Part shown: in pieces, positions 55,490-64,000 of the stretch
Layout: each line of letters starts with the position of its first letter
Numbering within the stretch: the stretch's first letter is position 1
Source of the DNA: Paraspadella gotoi
Taxonomy: Eukaryota; Animalia; Chaetognatha
Direction of reading: 5' to 3'
DNA length: 64,000 bases
NCBI GenBank assembly: GCA_051294375.1
Contig: CM119267.1
Location: 17,588,937 to 17,652,936, forward strand
The notes under the pieces: generated by a model
Told to the model about the DNA's origin: nothing
The model's input: only the letters and a program-made list of their open reading frames with translations
Database searches by the model: none
Position numbers and translations under genes: made by a program

Positions 55490-58400
55490 TCAAACGCGAA
55501 CGCCGGCGAAAAAAATGTTCACCATCAGATTCACGAGAAGTAATGTCACAAGCTTCCTCTCAGCCCCGAAGCCGCTCGGTCCTTTGATCTCAGCCGGCCG
55601 CCGACGCAGCGCAGCCAAGTCTCCGCCGCTCAACTGCGGAGGAGACTCGGACCGACATGTGCTTATCGTCGAAGCTCCACGCAAACGGTCCTTCAAGAAG
55701 TAGGTGCGTTCTGTGGAGGAAGGGAGGGACATCGTGGTTACTGGTTAACCATTCCGCCGACGGCTTTCAATCACCGGCGACAAAAATCAACAATTTTTCT
55801 CGGATCTTGGACCCTTATCTCGAAAAAGGAAAGCGGTATCAGACAGCGTGGGGAGCGTTTCCAAACGTTGACGAATGTCGCGCGGATAATCATGCTCCAA
55901 GAAGCTGTTGTACTCGTCGAACTGTTTCCCAATACCTGACCGAAGATGCGGAGAAAATTAGACGAATTGGGTTATGAGTACATCTGTGTATTTCGCGATC
56001 AATTCGTTTATTTATTTAATATTGTTGAAAATAATATGAAACTATAAAAGCTATCATTTGAAAGCTTACAGTACTATACGAATTTATAGTTATAAAGTTT
56101 TTGTCGTTAAGAAAAAATCGTTTTAACTAACTATTTTTTTATCTTTCGCTATCGACACGCTGAAAATTATTTTTTTTCTCTTTTTTTTTCTTTCGGCATC
56201 AAGTTTCCTCATATAAACTCGCTCTCACATTGCGAATTCCCTCTTCTACCAGTGTAGAGCCTACACACCGGTGTCCGAGATGAAGTAGGTCTCAAGTTGT
56301 AGGACAGACGAAAGCGGCGTCGATCCTCTTGACGTCCTCTTCGAACCGAGTCGGAGATCGGGTGAGGAATCCGCGGAGGGCCGACGTTTGCGTCGAAGAC
56401 CCAGTACTTTTGGGCCTGATTGGTGGGTTATTCATTAAGGCGTAGTAAATTTCTAAATTTAAATTTAATTAAAATTCTAAAAGTGAGGAACGAACAACAT
56501 TATACTAATGAACATTTTATGTAATAAAAAAATGTATAATAAATTTTTATAATTTACACAGTAGGCCCATATTTATACTAGTATAAACCAATATAATGTT
56601 TAAAAGTTTCAAAAACCAGTTTTTTCTAAGATTTTTTTGCAGATTGTATTCTCATAAAAAGTTATTAAAAAGAAATATATATCTTTTTGAAAAATTCTTC
56701 TTTAAGTGGGTCAAAAATTAGATAAGCTATATTTTAGCTGAAAATTAATTTTTATTATATTAAAATATGTGTTTTTAAATTTTAACACCACTTAATGAAA
56801 GAATTTTTAAAAATGATTTATATTTTTTTTTTATCAACTTTTGACCAAGGAATTCAAATCTGCAATCAAAATTAAGAAAAGCCTATTTTGAAATTTTTCG
56901 AATTTATAAGAATAGTACTAATATATAAATATAGCCTACTGCGAAAATTACAAAAATATAAACTTAATTTTTTTTACAAATTAATGTTCACTGATGGTAA
57001 TGTTGTTCATAATTGACTTTTAGAATTTTCATATGTAACTTTCACTACGCCTTAATATTCATTAATTCGTTTTGTTTCGTTCGTCGAATCATTTCTTCAC
57101 TCGCTCACCCTAAAGATGACGATCCTGTTGTCCGTGGGCCGTTCGTAGATTGGCGGTCAATGCGGTCAAGATCGGCGGGAGGCTGTACCAGAATTTGTTG
57201 ATCTCCTGGGGTAGGTCGGGGAAGGATCCTCTTGTTGCCGTCCACGCGCCAAAACCACTGATTTCGGACGCGATTCGTGAATAAGAATTAAACAAATTTA
57301 TTCGAATGAAAAGGATGAAATAAATCTTTAAACTTTCTTAAATTCAAATTGAAGGTACTGATCGGACAAAATTAATAAGCGGTTTTTAACAATTAAATTA
57401 CGTGTAAAAAGATTAAAAATTCGATTCATTGACGACAGAGTCGTAAAGAATGTAGCCGACTTTGGATTTTACCGGCCCCTTGAACATCAAGAGCTCCCCC
57501 CGATACGGAGACGGGCGTCGTAAGGTCGGTGTCGCAAACGGCGGCGGTTGACCCGAGAATCGAAAAAGATGGGCGCCAAATGAAGGCAAATCGTAAAGCC
57601 GTTCCGTTCTCTGCGGAAAGAAAACAAAGAACAACCATTTTATAATTCGTACAAAATATTTTTTTTTCCAAAATGTTAAAAACGAACATTCAAATAATTT
57701 AAGCAAATTTAATAATGTTTATGATACTTCGTTCATGGAAACGACGTGAATATCCTTCTCGGCAAAAAGTTGTTCCATCCAAACCGGCACGGAAAGTCCG
57801 TCCGTCGTAGTTGTCGTCGTCGGCTGCGTCGTCGTCGTCGTCGTTGTTGTCGTGGTTCTCTTCGTAACTACAAGGCCGCGATTTCGTTCCTGAGATTGGA
57901 ACCGATGTAAGAAGATGAAATACAAATCATTGAAAATGTAAATGAACAATCAAGTTATTAAACTCATAAATAGAACCCTTGAGAGAAGAACGTAACTCTC
58001 CCAGAATATATCCTACCTGCGCCCTTACCTTTACCCTTACCCTCCATCCTCACGTAAAGCGCTGCCGGCCTGAACGTCGTCTCCCGGCAGAGAATAGTTT
58101 CGTCGATGTCCCTGATACCAGGGAACATGAGCGAACCGAAAACGTCGGAGTGAGAGAGGCCCAAAGTGTGGGCCAAAATTCATGGGCCGCCAGCAATGAA
58201 CAAGTCGATGCTGGAAAGAGAAAGGAAACACATGGAATCATCATCGGGTCCTCTTCTTGTTTCTCATATCTTTTTCTCTTTCATGACTTATCGCGCCACC
58301 TGTCTCCGTCTTTCGTATCCATCTCTCCTCGACAGTCAAGTGCGCTCGCCTCTGAAGGGACTGTCGGGAAGAAGGCGTGGCCCAACCGTTCTCCTAATTG

Positions 58401-59949
58401 CGAGAAAAGTATTCTAAATAATGGAAAATCCATTAGAATTAATAAGTTAATCTTTTTTATTTCGAACTCTTTTGCTTCGCTTCCTGGAACAACGGTTGTT
58501 TAATGTTTCTACCTTCTCCACTACCTAATCCTTCTCGCATAACGTTTTGCCACCCTGCTGTCCCATCTTTTATTATCAAAACGCAAATCCATTCGCGCTT
58601 CAACACTTTGGCCCGATCTCTTTCAACACGTCCAACCGTCCTCCAACCACCGCCCCTTCCCACCCTCCACTCCCAAAACCCCTCCCCTCTTTTCAAACAC
58701 CTTGCCCGTCAAATCGAAATCGTCTCCGTGTCGTCGCCGCAGGAAGTCTGACGTTGATGTCGCGTCGCCGTGGAAGACGCGCGGAGACAGAGGCGAGCCG
58801 TCGACCAGAGACGCCAGCGCGGAGCGATGATGGATTCCTGGACGGCTCTTCCAGATCCGGGGTGTAGGTGGAACGAATCTTTTGGAGAGAGGCGGGGGGG
58901 TGGGAGGGGGGGGGAAGTCGGAGGCTTTAATAAAGAATCGAGCGCTATTTTCGGAAAACCCCGTTTTTGTTTAACTTTAATATCTAACACTTATCTCTTT
59001 TCAATTGGTTAATCCAATCCCTAACCCTAACCTATTGCCTCACTCTTATCCTAATCCCTAACTTAATCCCTAACCTGACTCTCTCTGGTCTTTCTTTCTT
59101 ACTATTTTTCTTTTCTATCCTCTTCCTTTACTCACTTGTAGCGGTAAGGTCGCTCGCGTTCCACGTTCGATCCCGACAGTACGAAATCTTCTTTCCTTCT
59201 TAGGACGCCACGTCGTCCCTCGTCGTCGCTTTCGTCGTCGTCGACGTCTCGCAGTTCCCTTCCGTGTCGTCGTCGTCGTCGTCGCCTCCTCGTCTCGTCG
59301 TGTCGTCGTTCGTCGACGAAATCGGGAACTCCGCATCGAGGTTTCGAAAGCTGACAGACGGTCCGGACTCGAGTTTGCCTGGGTGTGATGTAAGGGTTTA
59401 GAAAGAGACAGCGGTAAATCTTAAGTGTCCTGCATCTTAATATTAATCTTAATCTTAATATTAATCTTAATCTTAATCTTAAGAGAGAGACAGCGGTAAA
59501 TCTTAAGTGATCTTAATCTTGATCTTAATCTTAATCTTAATCTGATCCTAATCTTGATCTTAATCTTGATCTTGATCTTAATCTTAATCTTAATCTTAAT
59601 CTTAATCTTAATCTTGATCCTAATCTTGATCTTAATCTTAATCTTTATCCTAATCTTAATCTTAATCTTAAGAGAGAGACAGCGGTAAATCTTAAGTGAT
59701 CTTAATCTTAATCCTAATCTTAATCTTAATTTTAACTGACCGTGGCGGGTAAGTGGGCGATCTTGATCTTGATCTTGATCTTAATCTTGATCCTAATCTT
59801 AATCTTAATCTTAATCTTAACTGACCGTGGCGGGTAAGTGGGCGAACCGCTGAAACCTTTTGATGGCGGTTTCGTATTCTGAGGAAGAGACGAGATTTCC
59901 TGTTTCGTCGTCGCCGCGGAGAAGATAACCGAATCGGGTGAGGTAATCC
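55490..59949 (-). CDS. Matrix metalloproteinase, membrane-anchored type (furin site, hemopexin domain, hydrophobic C-terminus); first exon not seen
   Basis: DYLTRFGYL...AIKRFQRFAHL prodomain. KPRCGVPD cysteine switch (~59323-59346). RRKR furin site. HEFGHTLGLSHS zinc motif (cleanest in duplicate ORF 63555-63764). Thr-rich hinge, hemopexin repeats and C-terminal LVTLLLVNLMVNIF. Confidence 0.9.
56439..57051. mobile_element. 613-bp foldback MITE with TTAA TSD and GG...CC termini (Kolobok-like) in an MMP intron
   Basis: TTAA|GGCGTAGT ... ACTACGCC|TTAA. Nested imperfect inverted arms run along most of its length: AAAATTCTAAAAGT/ACTTTTAGAATTTT, GAACAACATT/AATGTTGTTC, CAGTAGGC/GCCTACTG, TGCAGATT/AATCTGCA, TTAAGTGG/CCACTTAA. 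Confidence 0.75.
59434..59821. repeat. (ATCTTA)n hexamer satellite with embedded duplicated fragments
   Basis: Long ATCTTA/ATCTTG run. Contains repeated AGAGACAGCGGTAAATCTTAAGTG and a second copy of CTGACCGTGGCGGGTAAGTGGGCGA. Confidence 0.9.
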
Positions 59950-59962
59950 TGGTGAGGAATGT

Positions 59963-60188
59963 ATGAATGAATTAATGAATGAATGAATTAGTTAATTGAT
60001 GATTAAATTGATTAATTATGAATTTGAAATTCTTGAATGCATGAATGAATGAATAAATGAATGATTAAATAAATGAATGATTTAATTAATTAATTATGAA
60101 TTTTGAACTTCTTGAATGATTGAATGAATTATGAATGAATGAATGAATGAATTAATGAACGAATGAATGAATGAATAAATGAATAAAT
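59963..60188. repeat. Degenerate (AATG)n microsatellite
   Basis: Direct observation. Confidence 0.85.
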
Positions 60189-60347
60189 ATAAGTGATCAA
60201 TTGATTGAATTCATTTGATGTACAAATATAAACGCATTTTTGTCACTCATTTTTCCCATGACTCGGTGACTGACACAGGGACTGACAGACAGAACAACTG
60301 GCTTAGATTAACCGACAAAAAAATATTGATAAAAGAAAACTAAGAAA

Positions 60348-60737
60348 ATAAGTTTCGGGTAACCTCACCAAACTCCGCTGGACGTTGCTGTACGATCCGA
60401 AGTTGGCCAGATTTTGCGGCGGCGCGGATCCCGTCTCGCGCCTGAGCGAGTTCGCGGAAATTAGGGGCCGCCGAACACGCACGACCGAATTGCTTGGCTG
60501 CGTGAGCGCGAACAAGATGTCCTGCTTCAAAAGCTATTACAGGAATACGGGTGAAACAAACGTTCATTAGCTCAACCCAAAAAACAAAACAAAAAATAAC
60601 CAATGCTTCTTTTATCGACAGAGGCCACGGTCTGTTTCTGTGACACGAATTTCTGCAACGGTGTTTCCCCAATCGACTCTTCAGTCGAATCGATCCTGAT
60701 CCCTCTCATTGTCGCCGCATATGTTGACTTATTATAA
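60348..60737 (+). CDS. Ly6/three-finger gene 3' exons (second copy)
   Basis: FCGGADP...LLGCVSANKMSCFKSYYRNT|EATVCFCDTNFCNGVSPIDSSVESILIPLIVAAYVDLL*. Confidence 0.65.
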
Positions 60738-61036
60738 CCTTTCAATATTGCTTTTTTTTGTTGTTGTTATACGTATTGCTCGTTTAATATTTAATATTAA
60801 TAATTTATATCTTTTTTTGTATTTTTCAATCTTTGCGCGTTTTGTTTACGTAAAAATTCCGTGGATGTGGAAAATAAAACGGCTCAAAGTTTTACACTGT
60901 ATTGTCGAGAAAAATAAACTGGCACATTGGAAATGGAACGGCGGAACAAATAAACAAATACAACGAGCTAATAGAAAAAATAGACTGATTAAATTCAAAA
61001 CGCCATATCATGCGTCAAGAAGGCATCATTTCTCCG

Positions 61037-63915
61037 TCACCGAACCGCCGGCGAAAAAATGTTCACCATCAGATTCACGAGAAGTAATGTCACAAAGCTT
61101 CCTCTCAGCCCCGAAGCCGCTCCGGCTCCTTGATCCTCCAGCCGGCCGCCGACGCAGCGCAGCCAAGTCTCCGCCGTCAACTGCGGAGGAGACTCGACCG
61201 ACATGTGCTTATCGTCGAAGCTCCACGCCAAACGGTCCTTCAAGAAGTAGGTGCGTTCTGTGGAGGAAGGGAGGGACATCGTGGTTACTGGTTAACCATT
61301 CTCGCCGACGTTTCAATCACCGGCGACAAAAATCACAATTTTCTCGGCATCTTGGACCCTTACTCTCGAAAAGGAAAGCGGTATCGACAGGCGTGGGGAC
61401 GCCGTTCCAAACGTTGACGATGTCGCGGGGATAATCATGCTCCAAGAAGCTGTTGTACTCGTCGAATTTCCAATACCTGACGAGATGCGGAGAAAATTAG
61501 ACGAATTAGGGTTATGAGTACATCTTGTGTATTTCGCGATCAATTCGTTTATTTATTTAATATTGTTGAAAATAATATGAAAATATAAAAGCTATCATTT
61601 GGAAAGCTTACAGTACTAATACGAATTTATAGTTATAAAGTTTTGTCGTTAAGAAAAAATCGTTTTAACTAACTTATTTTTTTATCTTTCGCTATTGAAC
61701 GCTGAAAATTATTTTTTTTTCCTCTTTTTTTTTTTTCGGCATCAAGTTTCCTCATATAAACTCGCTCTCACATTGCATTCCCTCTTCCTACAGTGTAGGC
61801 TACACACCGGTGTCCCGAGATGAAGTAGGTCTTCAAGTTGTAGGACCAGACGAAAGCGGCGTCGATCCTCTTGACGTCCTCTTCGAAGCCGAAGTCGGAG
61901 ATCGGGTGAGGGAATCCGCGGAGGGCGACGTTGCCGTCGAAGACCCAGTACTTTTGGCCTGATTGGTGGGTTATTCATTAAGGCGTAGTAAAATTTCTAA
62001 ATTTTTAAATTTTAATTAAAATTCTAAAAGTGAGGAACGAACAACATTATACTAATGAACATTTATGTAATAAAAAATGTATAATAAATTTTATAATTTA
62101 CACAGTAGGCCATATTTATACTAGTACTAAACCAAATAATGTTAAAATTTCAAAACAGTTTTTTCTAAGATTTTTTTGCAGATTTGGATTCCTCATAAAA
62201 AGTTATTAAAAGAAATATAACTCTTTTTGAAAAATTCCTTCTTTAAGTGGGTCAAAAATTAGAAAAGCTATATTTTAAGCTGAATTAATTTTTATATATT
62301 AAATATGTTTTTTAAATTTTTAACCCACTTAATGAAAGAATTTTTAAAAATGATTTATATTTTTTTTTTATCAACTTTTGACAAGGAATTCAAATCTGCA
62401 ATCAAAATTAAGAAAAGCCTATTTTGAAATTTTTCGATTTATAAGAATAGTACTATATATAAATATAGCCTACTGCGAAAATTAAAAAATATAAATTAAT
62501 TTTTTTTACAAATTAATGTTCACTGATGGTATGTTGTTCATAATTGACTTTTAGAATTTTCATATGTAACTTTCACTACGCCTTAATATTCATTAATTCG
62601 TTTTGTTTCGTTCGTCGAATCATTTCTCACTCGCTCACCCCTAAAGATGACGATCCTGTTGTCCGTGGGCCGTTCGTAGATGGCGTCAATGCGGTCAAGA
62701 TCCGGCGGGAGGCTGTACCAGAATTTGTTGATCTCCTTGGGGTAGTCGGGGAGGATCCTCTTGTTGCCGTCCACGCGCCAAAACCACTGATTTCGGACGC
62801 GATCGTGAATAAGAATTAAACAAATTTATTCGAATGAAAAGGATGAATAAATCTTTAAACCTTTCTTAAATTCAAATTGAAGGTACTGATCGGACAAAAT
62901 TATAAGCGGTTTTTACAATTAAATTACGTGTAAAAAGATTAAAAATTCGATTCATTGACGACAGAGTCGTAAAGAATTAGCCGACTTGGATTTACCGGCC
63001 CCTTGAACATGAAGAGCTCCCCCCTGATCACGGAGACGGCGTCGTAAGTCGTGTCGCAAACGGCGGGAGGTTGACCCGGATCGAAAAAGATGGGCGCCCA
63101 AATCGAAGGCAAATCGTAAGCCGTTCCGTTCTCTGCGGAAAGAAAACAAAGGAACAACCCATTTTTATAATTCGTACAAAATATTTTTTTTTCCAAATGT
63201 TAAAAACGAAACATTCAAATAATTAAGCAAATTTATAATGTTATGATACCTTCGTTCATGGAAACGACGTGAATATCCTTCTCGGGCAAAAAGTTGTCCA
63301 TCCAAACCGGACGGAAAGTCGTCGTCGTAGTTGTCGTCGTCGGCTGCGTCGTCGTCGTCGTCGTTGTTGTCGTGGTTCTCTTCGTAACTAAAGGCCGCGA
63401 TTTCGTTCCTGAGATTGGAACCGATGTAAGAAGATGAAATACGAAATCATTGAAAATGTAAAATGAACAATCAAGTTATTAAACTATAAATAGACCCTTG
63501 AGAGAGAACGTAACTCTCCCAGAATATATCCTACCTGCGCCCTTACCTTTACCCTTACCCTCCATCCTCACCGTAAAGCCGCTGCACGGCCCTGACGTCG
63601 TCTCCCGGCAGAGAATAGTTTCGTCGATGTCCCTGATACCAGGGAAACATGAGCGAACCGAAAACGTCGGAGTGAGAGAGGCCCAAAGTGTGGCCAAATT
63701 CATGGGCCGCCACCATGAACAAGTCGATGCCTGGAAAGAGAAAGGGAACACATGGAATCATCATCGGGTCCTCTTTTGTTTCTCATATCTTTTCTCTTTC
63801 ATGACTTATCGCGCCACCTGGTCCTCCGTCTTTCGTCCATCTCTCCTCGACGTCAAAGTGCGCCTCGCCTCTGAAGGGACTGTCGGGAAAGAAGGCGTGG
63901 CCCAACACGTTTCCT
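61037..63915 (-). CDS. MMP catalytic/hemopexin exons (second copy, continues beyond window)
   Basis: IDLFMVAAHEFGHTLGLSHSDVFGSLMFPWYQG, CDTTYDAVSVIRGELFMFKG, FWYSLPPDLDRIDAIYER. Confidence 0.8.
61982..62582. mobile_element. Second copy of the TTAA foldback MITE
   Basis: Same termini and TTAA flanks; lies inside the duplicated block. Confidence 0.7.
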
Positions 63916-64000
63916 AATTGCGAGAAAAGTACTAAATAATTGAAAAATCCATTATGAATTAATACGTTAAGTCTTTTTTATTTCGAACTCTTTTGCTTCG

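Larger units (their letters stand above)
60430..64000. repeat. Near-identical duplicate of ~54920-58480
   Basis: Colinear at an offset of about 5.5 kb with mostly 1-bp indel differences. Confidence 0.85.

Overview
This is animal genomic DNA, probably bilaterian given a 5-HT2-like receptor. It has short GT-AG introns, CpG-rich exons and many microsatellites, and the consensus is noisy and indel-rich, so exon boundaries and translations below were read by eye. Genes in order: a 5-HT2-like class A GPCR (+, TM1-3 not seen) carrying a nested antisense gene for a secreted repeat protein or prepropeptide; lipin (-); SPPL3 (-) carrying an intron-containing TSSK kinase nested antisense in a 7-kb intron; an M13 neprilysin/ECE-like peptidase (+); two Ly6/three-finger genes (+); and a membrane-anchored MMP (-). 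Two large near-identical duplications (1-9676 vs ~11177-20840; ~54920-58480 vs ~60430-64000) lie at or near 25-N gaps and are probably assembly artefacts. The most interesting signal is a pair of miniature non-coding LTR retroelements (TRIM-like): E1 at 11119-11854 (duplicate 1-689) and E2 at 52097-52745 on the minus strand. Their LTR sequences look unrelated by eye. They nevertheless share a tRNA-Trp-like PBS region (20/23 nt identical), a parallel multi-junction RNA fold in the LTR, tandem internal hairpins (with a compensatory change in E2), and an internal segment complementary to each element's own LTR-end/PBS junction. A second lead is the nested repeat-protein gene, whose reading frame continues past one in-frame TAG.
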